Source of the DNA: an uncultured bacterium
GTDB lineage: Bacteria; Patescibacteriota; Andersenbacteria; UBA10190; CAIZMI01
Direction of reading: 5' to 3'
Assembly (NCBI GenBank): GCA_903934015.1
Contig: CAIZMI010000015.1
Span: 424 to 64,423 of the forward strand
Length of the DNA: 64,000 nucleotides
Position numbers and translations under genes: made by a program. The notes under the pieces are model-generated. The model was not told where the DNA came from and did no database searches. It worked only from the letters and a program-made list of their open reading frames with translations. This document shows, piece after piece, positions 1 to 13,600 of this stretch (positions within the stretch are counted from its first letter, which is position 1; every line of letters starts with the position of its first letter).

Positions 1-394
1 CGGTCACTTCGCTAGCGGAACCGTAACCATAAGCGTTCAACAGCAAGCGCTGTGGCAGCCCGTCTGGGCGCTGAACTATGTCGGTCATCATGAACTTGAG
101 GTGCTTCCATTTCTGAAAACAGCGCTCCTCGATGTGTATGATCGAGGCCTCTTCATTGGTGGTCGTGGGCCAGTTGCTCTGACTGACGTCGATGGTCCGT
201 TTTGCTACAGTAATCATGCAGAAAACGGTCATATCGGGGAAGTGGAGCCATCACAAGGATCACATCGCGGCTGTGACTTCGCTGCGTTTCACGGGTTCGA
301 ACAGATACGTAATCTGGGGGGCAAGGAAGAAATTCGTGGTAGATGCCAGTATCACGGCGGTCTCCTTGTGCCAAAGGATGCTATTGATCCGTGA
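1..394 (+). CDS. 3' end of an unidentified protein-coding gene (partial, runs off the window start)
   Basis: The frame containing ORF 101..394 stays open back to position 2 with no stop. It is followed by a hairpin + T-run terminator at 425..452. GC-rich. No family recognised. Confidence 0.4.
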   Translation, partial: GHFASGTVTISVQQQALWQPVWALNYVGHHELEVLPFLKTALLDVYDRGLFIGGRGPVALTDVDGPFCYSNHAENGHIGEVEPSQGSHRGCDFAAFHGFEQIRNLGGKEEIRGRCQYHGGLLVPKDAIDP

Positions 395-424
395 GTCCAC
401 CGGCCAGTAGTCAATCGTCGTCTT

Positions 425-452
425 CCGCCTGCTCGTCCAGGCGGTTTTTTTA
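425..452 (+). terminator. Rho-independent terminator
   Basis: Hairpin ccgcctgctcgtccaggcgg followed by tttttttat. Confidence 0.6.
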
Positions 453-530
453 TAATGGCTTCAGAAAGAAAAACAATTCTGCTGGTTTGTCGTCCGTTCT
501 TTTCCGAAGTATATTACCATTACGGCACTA

Positions 531-559
531 TTGACAAAAGTTTTCCGCGGGTGTATAAT
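531..559 (+). promoter_or_regulatory. Near-consensus sigma70 promoter TTGACA-17-(TG)TATAAT
   Basis: TTGACA at 531..536, a 17-nt spacer ending in gtg, and TATAAT at 554..559. It lies ~120 nt upstream of the CDS at 689. Confidence 0.6.
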
Positions 560-688
560 AATACGTCAAATAGGTCGGGCACGTTCTGTTTTTCTCCTTG
601 TTTCGCTAAGGATGGCGGAATGAAGACGGAAAACAGGGAGGTTCTTTAACAAATTGTGTTTCGTTTCTCTTTTTGGGAGGAAGGTCGA

Positions 689-5264
<4,576 letters not shown>

Positions 5265-5296
5265 TAATCGTTCACGATTGGGCTTCTTACTTAGAA

Positions 5297-7075
5297 ATGT
5301 TTTTGTTGTGTTATCATATGATGATGATTCAGCAACAAGATAAAAAAACAACAAATGAGCCAATTAAGCCACCCGTTGTGAATAATTCTACTCCTCAAGC
5401 GAAGGTGTTTTCTGATATTGTTCCGGAAGCTGAAAAAAGTCTTTTGATAAAACCGAACGACCAGCTTTTGAATGTAAATGATCAGCCTAAAGAAAATATT
5501 GAGGAAGTGAAGCAAGTAAACGATTTTAATGTACTAACAGCCGCGCCAGTAGTTGTCGCTAATAATGATGGCGCCAACTCGATATTGCTGGGAATGGAAG
5601 ATAAAAAACCATTTAATTGGTTTTTTATTTTTACGCCTATTCTTTTATTGACATTCGCTGGTTTTGCCGTGGCCTTTTATGGTGGATTTTTGCCGTGGCC
5701 TTTTTGGGGTTTAACACAGCAACAGGTTATAGAAAAAATGTTTGATACGATTCCAAGTATTCGTTCTGGTCGATATGGGATAGACATTAATTTTAAATCT
5801 GAAACGAGGCAATCGGGAGTAAAAGGATATGATTTATCGTCGATGTTGGGTGGTGTTGGAAATAATGTTGTTGCAACCGGGGCGGTGGCAAGAGATGAAG
5901 CACGTTTTAACGCCATCAGCGGTATAGAGAATGCATTAGATTTATATAAAAAAGAGAATGGTAAATATCCGCAGTTTCTGAATGATATAAGAATAAATAA
6001 CCCGGAATTATTACTGGATCCAGCTACAAAAAATCAGTATGGTTATAGACAAGAGAAAGGTGGTACCGATTTTACGTTGCATGTGCAGATGGAAACCAAT
6101 CAGGGAATTAACAGTTATCGTACTGCTGTCTTAGTAATTCCGTCCGCTACTTTGCAAACAAACGAAGACAAGTTGGCGGTTGTGCATGCCGATACGCCAA
6201 AAATAAAAAAACAAAGTATTGTTTCTGTTGTTGACGGGGTAAAACCGGCTTATGATCCGACAATTGTTCTTCAAAATTTACCATCAGAAATTGATGCCAG
6301 CCTTCGTTTTGCAGGCTTGGCGCAGTTGGAGAATTCAAATGGCGATGCGTTAGTTGATATTGATGGAAGTTTAAAATTAAGTGGGATGAGTTTTTCTGCC
6401 GGATTTGGTGTAATAAAGAAGGGTGGTATGACATATGGAAAAGTGAAGGAAGCACCTTCCCTTGGTTTTTTTGATTTGGCGGGGATTAAGAATAAATGGA
6501 TAAAACTGGAAATGGCTGATTTGAATAAGGTTGGGTTTGTTAATGCGGAGCAGAAACTGCGACAAGAAAATCAAACAAAATATTTGTTAATTGCAAAAAA
6601 GTATTTGCAAATTCTTAAAGAAGAAAAGGTGTTAAATGTTATAAAGGAGTTGCCAAAAGAAAAAAATAAAGATGGAACTTTCTATCGTTATTCAGTAAGT
6701 ATTGATAGTGATAAAACGGCTGTAATATATGAGCGGTTAAACGAAGAAATCAAGAACCAATTTGGTATTAATTACGATATCATCAGCGATGACTTTATTG
6801 CTTATATGCGTGGCCCAAAAGCGGCTACTGTTAACAAGCTTTCACAACAAAACTCGCAAATGGAAATTTGGATTGATGCGAAGAATTTTTGGCCATACAA
6901 ATTTATCTCAAATTCAGTATTTGTTCCACCGGATAATATTGAAAAATTAAAAGAAAAGCAGTATCGAGCGCAGGTGTCTTTTGATCTTTTTGACGTAAAT
7001 AAGCCGGTTGTGATTGAAGCTCCGGTTGACTCGATTTCGATCAGTGATGCTGAAAAATTGGTAGTTGGGAAATAA
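5297..7075 (+). CDS. Hypothetical membrane protein with a type II secretion / type IV pilin-like (GspG-like) domain
   Basis: One TM segment (WFFIFTPILLLTFAGFAVAFYGG) is followed by ARDEARFNAISGIENALDLYKKENGKYPQFL...LLLDPATKNQYGYRQEKGGTDFTLHVQME, which resembles the pseudopilin fold. There is no canonical prepilin cleavage motif. Start is uncertain (5297 or 5318). Confidence 0.5.
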   Translation: MFLLCYHMMMIQQQDKKTTNEPIKPPVVNNSTPQAKVFSDIVPEAEKSLLIKPNDQLLNVNDQPKENIEEVKQVNDFNVLTAAPVVVANNDGANSILLGMEDKKPFNWFFIFTPILLLTFAGFAVAFYGGFLPWPFWGLTQQQVIEKMFDTIPSIRSGRYGIDINFKSETRQSGVKGYDLSSMLGGVGNNVVATGAVARDEARFNAISGIENALDLYKKENGKYPQFLNDIRINNPELLLDPATKNQYGYRQEKGGTDFTLHVQMETNQGINSYRTAVLVIPSATLQTNEDKLAVVHADTPKIKKQSIVSVVDGVKPAYDPTIVLQNLPSEIDASLRFAGLAQLENSNGDALVDIDGSLKLSGMSFSAGFGVIKKGGMTYGKVKEAPSLGFFDLAGIKNKWIKLEMADLNKVGFVNAEQKLRQENQTKYLLIAKKYLQILKEEKVLNVIKELPKEKNKDGTFYRYSVSIDSDKTAVIYERLNEEIKNQFGINYDIISDDFIAYMRGPKAATVNKLSQQNSQMEIWIDAKNFWPYKFISNSVFVPPDNIEKLKEKQYRAQVSFDLFDVNKPVVIEAPVDSISISDAEKLVVGK

Positions 7076-7134
7076 ATAATACGTTTTGGACATGAGGGTC
7101 ATTTTTGGCGGGTGAGCAGTTATTCTTTCGTTGT

Positions 7135-7163
7135 TTGACGCTTTATACCATGTCTGTTATTAT
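7135..7163 (+). promoter_or_regulatory. Candidate sigma70 promoter for the secE-nusG-rplKA operon
   Basis: TTGACG at 7135..7140, a 17-nt spacer, then TATTAT at 7158..7163. Confidence 0.4.
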
Positions 7164-7222
7164 CCTTGTGAGGACCTGTCGACGCGCAATGCTAATTATT
7201 ACCCCGGCGGGCCGAGCACACT

Positions 7223-7438
7223 ATGAATTATCTATCAAATATCACTAAACTCCCCCAAGGAGTGGTGTCCTATATTCGTGATTCACGAACGGAATTAAAG
7301 AACGTCCAATGGCCCACCAGGGCGGAGACGGTTCGTTATACGATTTTGATTTTAGCCGTATCGCTCGCCGTGGCTATTGCTACCGGTGCAGTTGATGCCG
7401 GTTTGACCTATATTATTCAAAAATTCGTCCTTAAATAA
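7223..7438 (+). CDS. secE: Preprotein translocase subunit SecE
   Basis: 71 aa with a single C-terminal TM. Conserved position directly upstream of nusG. Sequence is SecE-like. Confidence 0.8.
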   Translation: MNYLSNITKLPQGVVSYIRDSRTELKNVQWPTRAETVRYTILILAVSLAVAIATGAVDAGLTYIIQKFVLK

Positions 7439-7444
7439 TAAAAG

Positions 7445-7990
7445 ATGCCTAAACAGATATCTAGCGGAGAAAAATCTTGGTTCGTTCTTCACACTTATTC
7501 CGGTTATGAGGATAATGTTGCGCGCAACCTAAAACAGCGTATTGAATCCATGGGAATGGAAGATAAGATTTTTAACGTGCTTGTACCACGCGAGAAGAAA
7601 ATCAAGATCAAGAACGGAAAGCGTCGCACTGTTGAAGAGCGTCTTTTTCCTGGTTACGTAATGGTGGAAATGATTGTGACGGATGACTCTTGGTATGTTG
7701 TGCGAAATACTCCAAACGTGACCGGTTTCGTCGGCTCTGGTACTACGCCAACCCCTGTTTCCGAAGATGAAATGAAGCATCTCATGGAACGCATGGGTCA
7801 GGATGAGCCGAAATATACGATGGACATCAAGATTGGCGAAGCGGTTAAAATTATCGACGGGCCGTTTAAGGAATTTGATGGAAAAATTTCCGAGGTTAAT
7901 GAGCAAAAAGGCAAGATCAAGGTATTGGTTAACATGTTCGGTCGTGAAACGCCAATCGAGCTTGATTTTCTTCAAGTTAAGAAAGTCTGA
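7445..7990 (+). CDS. nusG: Transcription termination/antitermination factor NusG
   Basis: NGN domain (WFVLHTYSGYEDNV) plus a KOW motif. Lies between secE and rplK. Confidence 0.9.
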   Translation: MPKQISSGEKSWFVLHTYSGYEDNVARNLKQRIESMGMEDKIFNVLVPREKKIKIKNGKRRTVEERLFPGYVMVEMIVTDDSWYVVRNTPNVTGFVGSGTTPTPVSEDEMKHLMERMGQDEPKYTMDIKIGEAVKIIDGPFKEFDGKISEVNEQKGKIKVLVNMFGRETPIELDFLQVKKV

Positions 7991-8037
7991 GAAGGACTGG
8001 ACAATTTTCACTCGATATTCTAAATTAACTCATCTAT

Positions 8038-8460
8038 ATGGCTAAAGAAATAGTAACAAACGTTAAGCTTCAGATCGCCGGTGGTCGTGCTAATCCTGCG
8101 CCTCCTGTTGGTACCGCGCTCGGGCCTCATGGTATTAATATTCAGGATTTTTGCGCTAAGTTTAATGAAAAGACCAAAGAAAAGAATGGGGAAGTAACTC
8201 CGGTAATCGTTACTATCTACAAAGATCGTTCATTTACGTTTGTTTTAAAAACCCCTCCCGCTGCGGAACTTTTGAAAAAGGCCGCTAAGGTTGAAAAAGG
8301 TTCCGGTGAACCGAACAAGAACAAGGTTGGTTCGGTAACCAAAGAGCAGGTTCGTGCGATTGCTGAACAAAAAATGGAAGACTTGAACGCTTTTGATGTT
8401 GATCAGGCAATGAAGATGGTGGAAGGTACAGCGCGTTCAATGGGAATTTTAGTTAAATAA
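8038..8460 (+). CDS. rplK: 50S ribosomal protein L11
   Basis: [43 protein letters not shown]. Confidence 0.95.
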   Translation: MAKEIVTNVKLQIAGGRANPAPPVGTALGPHGINIQDFCAKFNEKTKEKNGEVTPVIVTIYKDRSFTFVLKTPPAAELLKKAAKVEKGSGEPNKNKVGSVTKEQVRAIAEQKMEDLNAFDVDQAMKMVEGTARSMGILVK

Positions 8461-8476
8461 TTTTTGAACTATTAAT

Positions 8477-9154
8477 ATGACTGGAAAGAGAACAACTGAA
8501 ATCGAAAAAACAAAACCGACGACAACTGTTTCCATTAAAGAAGCGGCCGTGTTTGTAAAAGAACACGCTAAAGCAAAGTTTGATGAAACAGTGGAAATTC
8601 ACATGCACCTTGGTGTGGACGCAAAGCAGTCCGACCAAACCGTTCGTGGTACGGTTTCTTTGCCTCACGGTTCACCACGTTCAATCAAAGTGGCTGTGTT
8701 TACAGAAAACCCGGTTTTGCAAGAAAAAGCCAAAGAAGCCGGTGCTGATATTGTTGGTGGCGTGGAATTGGTAAACGAAATCGCGGCTAAGAAATCTTTC
8801 GCCGCTGACGTTGCTGTTACAACCCCGGACATGATGAAAGAGCTCGCGAAGATTGCGAAAGTACTCGGTCCTCGTGGACTTATGCCAAACCCAAAAACAA
8901 GCACAATTGGTCCCGATCCGGCTGTACTTGTTAAGTCATTGAAGGCTGGTAAAGTAAGTTTCAAAATGGACGAATCAGCCAACATTCATGTTGGTGTCGC
9001 CAAAGCTTCATGGGATGCGGACAAAATTGCCGATAACGCACGCGCGGTAGTAGATGCCGTCCGCCAAGCCCGCCCGCAAACAGCGAAGGGTGAATACATT
9101 TTGTCAGGGACTCTCACTACAACTATGGGCGTTGGATTAAAAGTCCAATTATAA
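8477..9154 (+). CDS. rplA: 50S ribosomal protein L1
   Basis: L1 family sequence directly after rplK. Confidence 0.9.
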   Translation: MTGKRTTEIEKTKPTTTVSIKEAAVFVKEHAKAKFDETVEIHMHLGVDAKQSDQTVRGTVSLPHGSPRSIKVAVFTENPVLQEKAKEAGADIVGGVELVNEIAAKKSFAADVAVTTPDMMKELAKIAKVLGPRGLMPNPKTSTIGPDPAVLVKSLKAGKVSFKMDESANIHVGVAKASWDADKIADNARAVVDAVRQARPQTAKGEYILSGTLTTTMGVGLKVQL

Positions 9155-9165
9155 TAATTTCTTGA

Positions 9166-9192
9166 ATTTTAAAAACACCCGCGCAAGCGGGT
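9166..9192 (+). terminator. Rho-independent terminator (cacccgc-GCAA-gcgggtg followed by a T-run)
   Basis: Hairpin with a GCAA loop followed by tttttcgtttcg. A nearly identical hairpin (tccccgcGCAAgcgggga) follows rplY at 26774..26795. Confidence 0.6.
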
Positions 9193-9202
9193 GTTTTTCG
9201 TT

Positions 9203-9229
9203 TCGTAGGGGAGCACGTCCCCGTGCTCC
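9203..9229. repeat. 27-bp hairpin repeat tcgtaggggagcacgtccccgtgctcc (copy 1 of 2)
   Basis: An identical copy lies at 9990..10016. The two copies flank the minus-strand CDS 9262..9897 as direct repeats. Each copy is itself a 9-bp stem hairpin. Confidence 0.8.
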
Positions 9230-9261
9230 CGCGTTTCCGTGAAATAAAAAAGACCCACATG

Positions 9262-9897
9262 TTATCGGGTCTCGAAGTTGACTTGTGTGCCAGTCAACGA
9301 AGCGTAGGTCAGTGCCAGTGCGCGCATGATGCGTAGTTTTTGGGTCAAGACCTCTTGGATGATTCGGAAAGCACTGTTTTCGTCCCTTGGCTCAATTCCA
9401 GAAAGAGGAATCAGGCTGTGAGCATGTTCGGTGACCGTTTTGGTTCGACAACGAACCCGAAACAGATTTGAACCATTGTCTTCGGTGTCGACGACACCGA
9501 CATCCGGGTTTGCGCACACTTCGCCAGGAACAACTATTGTAAACGCTCCTAAGTCCGGCTTTATTTTCTGAGCGTTTTCTTTTCCAAAGAAGGCACTTAG
9601 AAATGAATCATTTACGCGAAGATGTTCTTCGACTGTGACGACGTGTTTCAACATTGCATCAATCAAAGAAGGGCGCTTCTTTTGCATGAATTCTGGCAGG
9701 CTTAATCCCCGAGTGTCCCAATCCCACATATCGAGTCTTGAAATTTCGTGAGTTGAAACTCTTACCGATGCTTTTTCAAACTCGACCCAAGTTGAACCAT
9801 CTTTGTCTGAACTATGCAGAAATCCGATTCGATCTTCGAAGGGTGGCCTATCTCCAATAAAGATAACAACATTTGTTCGTTCCGCGGCTTCGCTCAT
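9262..9897 (-). CDS. Hypothetical protein, flanked by hairpin direct repeats
   Basis: 211-aa ORF on the opposite strand from the surrounding r-protein and tmk genes. No family recognised. Confidence 0.55.
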   Translation of the reverse strand: MSEAAERTNVVIFIGDRPPFEDRIGFLHSSDKDGSTWVEFEKASVRVSTHEISRLDMWDWDTRGLSLPEFMQKKRPSLIDAMLKHVVTVEEHLRVNDSFLSAFFGKENAQKIKPDLGAFTIVVPGEVCANPDVGVVDTEDNGSNLFRVRCRTKTVTEHAHSLIPLSGIEPRDENSAFRIIQEVLTQKLRIMRALALTYASLTGTQVNFETR

Positions 9898-9989
9898 CAG
9901 GTATTCCTTGTGTTGGGTTTTAAATGAACCTTAAAGAACTGCTCATTGTATGGTTATTGTGAATTAAGTCAAATTATCTAGGGTCGTCA

Positions 9990-10135
9990 TCGTAGGGGAG
10001 CACGTCCCCGTGCTCCTGTTTCACTTCCGAGGTGGCGCTTCAGCGCTTCCTCGGAAGTGGTGTTGGTTAGCGACGAACGAACCAAAACCACCTCGCAGGA
10101 GGAGCAAGCGCGCTCCACCTCCGAGGTGGTCACGT
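9990..10135. repeat. GC-rich multi-hairpin structured region (repeat copy 2 plus two further long palindromes)
   Basis: Contains the 27-bp repeat, then cacttccgagg..cctcggaagtg (11-bp stem) and ccacctcg..cgaggtgg with nested inner hairpins. It sits in the divergent region between 9897 and tmk. Confidence 0.6.
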
Positions 10136-10161
10136 GTTAAGTTTTTTAGTAATATAAATCC

Positions 10162-10881
10162 ATGCACAAAGGTTTATTGCTAGTCAACGAAGGCCCCGAT
10201 GGTTCGGGAAAAGAAACGCAGACACGCTTACTTTGCGAGTATTTGGAAGGGGAAGGGTATAATCTCGTAAAATTTTCGTTTCCTACTTACAAGCAAGATC
10301 CGGTGGCGGACTTGATTCGTTTTATGTTGCACGAGGCCAAGGATGATTGGAATACGCGCGATTGGCGTTCTAAAGCGGTTTTGTATTCATCGAATCGTTT
10401 ACGCTTCGCGCCAGAGATGCGAGAAGCACTAGAAATTCCAGGAAATGTCGTTGTGTGTGATCGTTTTGTTTCTAGTAATCAGGGCCACATGGGGGCGCTT
10501 ACGGAAGACCTGACCGAAAGGTTGCAACGCTATGCTTGGATTGATCATTTGGAATTTGAAATGATGGGATTACCAAGGCCGGACGTGGTTTTGTTGCACA
10601 CAATGCCCAGTAAAATGCGGGCGGCGCTTCTGATGAAACGCGAAAACGGTAAGCCGGACGCGCACGAAGGAAACTCGGCATATTTGGATCGTGTGGAACA
10701 AAGTTATTATGAATTGATGGATTTTTACCCCGAAGTTTGGCGTCATATTCCCGCGGATATGGATGGGCGATTGCAAACGCCGGAAGAAGTGCATGAGAGG
10801 GTAAGGGAAGCATTGATTGAACATCCAAAGTGGCAGGAATTTGTTGGGCAAAGAGAAAAGGAAGTATCCTGGGTTATTTGA
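10162..10881 (+). CDS. tmk: Thymidylate kinase-like P-loop nucleotide kinase
   Basis: EGPDGSGKETQ P-loop motif typical of dTMP kinase. ~239 aa. Confidence 0.55.
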   Translation: MHKGLLLVNEGPDGSGKETQTRLLCEYLEGEGYNLVKFSFPTYKQDPVADLIRFMLHEAKDDWNTRDWRSKAVLYSSNRLRFAPEMREALEIPGNVVVCDRFVSSNQGHMGALTEDLTERLQRYAWIDHLEFEMMGLPRPDVVLLHTMPSKMRAALLMKRENGKPDAHEGNSAYLDRVEQSYYELMDFYPEVWRHIPADMDGRLQTPEEVHERVREALIEHPKWQEFVGQREKEVSWVI

Positions 10882-10937
10882 AAAAGACTGGCATGAGGCA
10901 ATGTGACAAACCTGTCATTTTCTTTTAATCTGACCAT

Positions 10938-12422
10938 ATGAATCTCGAACCAGTAATAGGCCTTGAAATCCACGTTCATCTCAACACCCAGTCAAAAATG
11001 TTCTGCGGGTGTAAGAACGTGTCTGAAGCGGAGGAGGCGAATCGTTTTGTTTGCCCAATTTGTATGGGTTTTCCGGGACAACTTCCGGTACTCAATGGAA
11101 AAGCGGTGGAGTGGGCAATCAAGGTGGGGCTGGCCTTAAACTGCAAAATTGCCTCACATACGACATTTTCCCGCAAAAGCTACTTCTATCCCGATTTGCC
11201 AAAAGGTTATCAGATTTCGCAATATGACGAGCCAATTTGCTATGAAGGAAAAGTAAAAGTATTTGTGAGCAATGAGGAAAAGGAAATTGGGATTACACGT
11301 GCGCACATGGAAGAAGATGCGGCGAAGAATATTCATGACGGTGGAACACTGGTTGATTACACACGCTCCGGGACCCCGTTGGTAGAAATTGTGACTGAAC
11401 CGGACATTAAAACACCGCAAGAAGCAAAAATCTTTTTGGAAGACCTGCAACGCACCATTCGTTATATTGGTGTATCTAATGCGGATATGGAAAATGGCGA
11501 TCTTCGTGTTGACGCGAATATTTCGATGCGCGAAATAGGTGGGAAATTGAATCCCAAAACGGAGTGTAAAAATCTTAATTCTTTTAAGGCGGTGGAGCGT
11601 GCGTTAACTTATGAAATTGCGCGTCAGACCGAACTTTGGCAACAGGGAAATCCGCCAACAAAACAAAGCACACGTGGTTGGAACGATGCGACGCAAGAAA
11701 CAGTCGAACAGCGCGTGAAAGAAGACGAAGCTGATTATCGATATTTTCCGGAACCGGATATACCGCCACTAAAAATAGACGAAGAATTAATTCAACGAAT
11801 GCGTGAAGCATTACCCGAATTACCGCATGAAAAAGAAGCGCGTTTTATCAGTCAGTTCCAACTCCCAGATGAGCAAGTTAGAATAATGGTGGAAGACAGA
11901 ATGTTGGCCTCATATACTGAAAATGTTTTTTCAGAAATTTTGGCATGGAATGAACAGCGTTCAGATGTAGAAAAACGAGACAGTGTCCGTTTGTACAAGT
12001 TAGCCGCGAACTATTTATTGGGTGATTTTCGAAACATTCTTGCTGAAGAAAAAACTGATTTTAGTCATACAAAAATAAGTCCGGAAAATTTTGCGGAATT
12101 GATTGTGATGTTGCATCGCGCGGAAGTGAATCGTAATGCTATGCCGGAAGTTTTTCGCATTATGCAAAAAACAGGCGGTGACCCATCGAATATTGTTGCC
12201 GATAAAGGTTTGGGGCAAGTGAGCGATGATGATCAATTGCGCCGGATAGTTCAAGACATGTTGAACGCTAATCCTGCGGAAGTGGATAAGGCCCGTGCCG
12301 GTAAGGTGCAAGTAGTTCAATTTTTGATGGGTAAAGTGATGGCAGAAACAAAAGGTCGCGCCAATCCCCAAAAAGTACAGGAAATGATTCGCGTTGAATT
12401 AGGATTGACGATTAATGATTGA
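10938..12422 (+). CDS. gatB: Asp-tRNA(Asn)/Glu-tRNA(Gln) amidotransferase subunit B
   Basis: MNLEPVIGLEIHVHLNTQSKMFCGC... plus a C-terminal GatB/YqeY domain. Confidence 0.9.
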   Translation: MNLEPVIGLEIHVHLNTQSKMFCGCKNVSEAEEANRFVCPICMGFPGQLPVLNGKAVEWAIKVGLALNCKIASHTTFSRKSYFYPDLPKGYQISQYDEPICYEGKVKVFVSNEEKEIGITRAHMEEDAAKNIHDGGTLVDYTRSGTPLVEIVTEPDIKTPQEAKIFLEDLQRTIRYIGVSNADMENGDLRVDANISMREIGGKLNPKTECKNLNSFKAVERALTYEIARQTELWQQGNPPTKQSTRGWNDATQETVEQRVKEDEADYRYFPEPDIPPLKIDEELIQRMREALPELPHEKEARFISQFQLPDEQVRIMVEDRMLASYTENVFSEILAWNEQRSDVEKRDSVRLYKLAANYLLGDFRNILAEEKTDFSHTKISPENFAELIVMLHRAEVNRNAMPEVFRIMQKTGGDPSNIVADKGLGQVSDDDQLRRIVQDMLNANPAEVDKARAGKVQVVQFLMGKVMAETKGRANPQKVQEMIRVELGLTIND

Positions 12423-12535
12423 TGAATCGACGGCGCGAAACGTTCGTCCTTCATAAATCATAAATCGTATATCATAATCACGTCTCTCTCTTGCCAAAAA
12501 TCCGTATCCGTGATATTTAAATATGACGGTTGTTA
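12418..12535 (+). promoter_or_regulatory. ~115-bp conserved upstream block (copy 1) containing a palindromic operator-like site, AT-rich direct repeats and a TTGCCA-17-TATTTA promoter
   Basis: 114/115 nt identical to 13437..13553. TTGCCA is at 12491..12496 and TATTTA at 12514..12519. The block overlaps the gatB stop codon. Confidence 0.65.
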
Positions 12536-12581
12536 TTGGGCACTGTGTTTGAAACGAGTCCTTTTTCATGGGAGATAGGTC

Positions 12582-13343
12582 ATGTCGGACGAGAACAAGT
12601 ATGCTATCGTAAAGAATCTTTACGACAAAGGCAACTACATTTTGGCTTTACGTCAGTTGGAGACCTATGCGACTGTTGACGGTTTTGCCAACGAGGATTT
12701 TGCTTGGGCTGGTTGGTGTAACTTTCGGTTAGGAAATCTGGCAGAGGCAGTCGAAGTGCTGCATCGTGTCACTGATAATAACCAAAGAGCGTTGCTTTGC
12801 AAAGCATATGTGTTAGCGGATTGCCGGTATGAAAGTGTCAGCAAAACGGAAGTACATGAGACTCTGGCAAGGATTAGTGATTTTGTTGTGATTGCACGAG
12901 CTTTCATTGATTTTGCACGTGATCCGAACAATGTCTTCTGGCGAGATAACAACACGATGTTGGCTCACGTTTCTGTGTTAGCTCCGGATGAGGGGGTCGA
13001 AGTTGGCCACCTGTTCCGTGATGCCTCGCGGGTATGTGCGGATAATGCAACTACAAGTGCCGATTTCTTTATTGCTCTTGGGCTACTTGAAATCGCAATC
13101 ATGAAGTACGGCATCGCAGACGAAAACGCGCACCACCGGGCCGAAGCGCTGTTTTGGAAGAGTAAGGTGATGGAAGTCGTCGGTGACGTTCCTTCGGCTT
13201 ACCAAGTTGCAAATAAATCAGCTAAGTTGTGGTTGATAGCAATTCAGCATGATCCGCAAAATGAGGGATATAGGGATTGTCGTGTAGGTGTCATTGGACA
13301 CGCTTTACGGCTCGAACGACTCGTACAGCAAGCAACTAAGTGA
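12582..13343 (+). CDS. Hypothetical protein, tandem paralog A (possibly helical-repeat/TPR-like)
   Basis: SD ggaga 8 nt upstream. N-terminus MSDENKYA. ~30-35% identical by eye to the next gene. A terminator follows at 13383..13412. Confidence 0.65.
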   Translation: MSDENKYAIVKNLYDKGNYILALRQLETYATVDGFANEDFAWAGWCNFRLGNLAEAVEVLHRVTDNNQRALLCKAYVLADCRYESVSKTEVHETLARISDFVVIARAFIDFARDPNNVFWRDNNTMLAHVSVLAPDEGVEVGHLFRDASRVCADNATTSADFFIALGLLEIAIMKYGIADENAHHRAEALFWKSKVMEVVGDVPSAYQVANKSAKLWLIAIQHDPQNEGYRDCRVGVIGHALRLERLVQQATK

Positions 13344-13382
13344 GGGCGGTATCGCTCTGTCCACAAGATCGACATTTAGTCA

Positions 13383-13412
13383 CCATCAGCAACCAACGCT
13401 GGTGGTTTTTTA
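13383..13412 (+). terminator. Rho-independent terminator
   Basis: caccatcagcaaccaacgctggtgg followed by ttttttat. Confidence 0.55.
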
Positions 13413-13436
13413 TATGAATGACGAATAATGAATGAT

Positions 13437-13553
13437 GATTGATGAATCGACGGCGCGAAACATTCGTCCTTCATAAATCATAAATCGTATATCATAATCA
13501 CGTCTCTCTCTTGCCAAAAATCCGTATCCGTGATATTTAAATATGACGGTTGT
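13437..13553 (+). promoter_or_regulatory. ~115-bp conserved upstream block (copy 2)
   Basis: Near-identical to 12418..12535. TTGCCA at 13511..13516 and TATTTA at 13534..13539. Confidence 0.65.
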
Positions 13554-13600
13554 TTGGATGTTTACGGTCGAAACGTGTTCATTTTCACGGGAGAATAATC

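Noticed and set aside
455-649. 64-aa ORF
   Set aside because: It lies across a near-consensus promoter (531..559) and the 5' UTR/SD of the gene at 689. It is low complexity and most likely non-coding.
12418-13553. The two 115-bp direct repeats, and other repeat families, as a CRISPR array
   Set aside because: There are only two copies ~1 kb apart, flanking full genes. No regularly spaced short repeats with unique spacers and no cas genes occur anywhere in the window.
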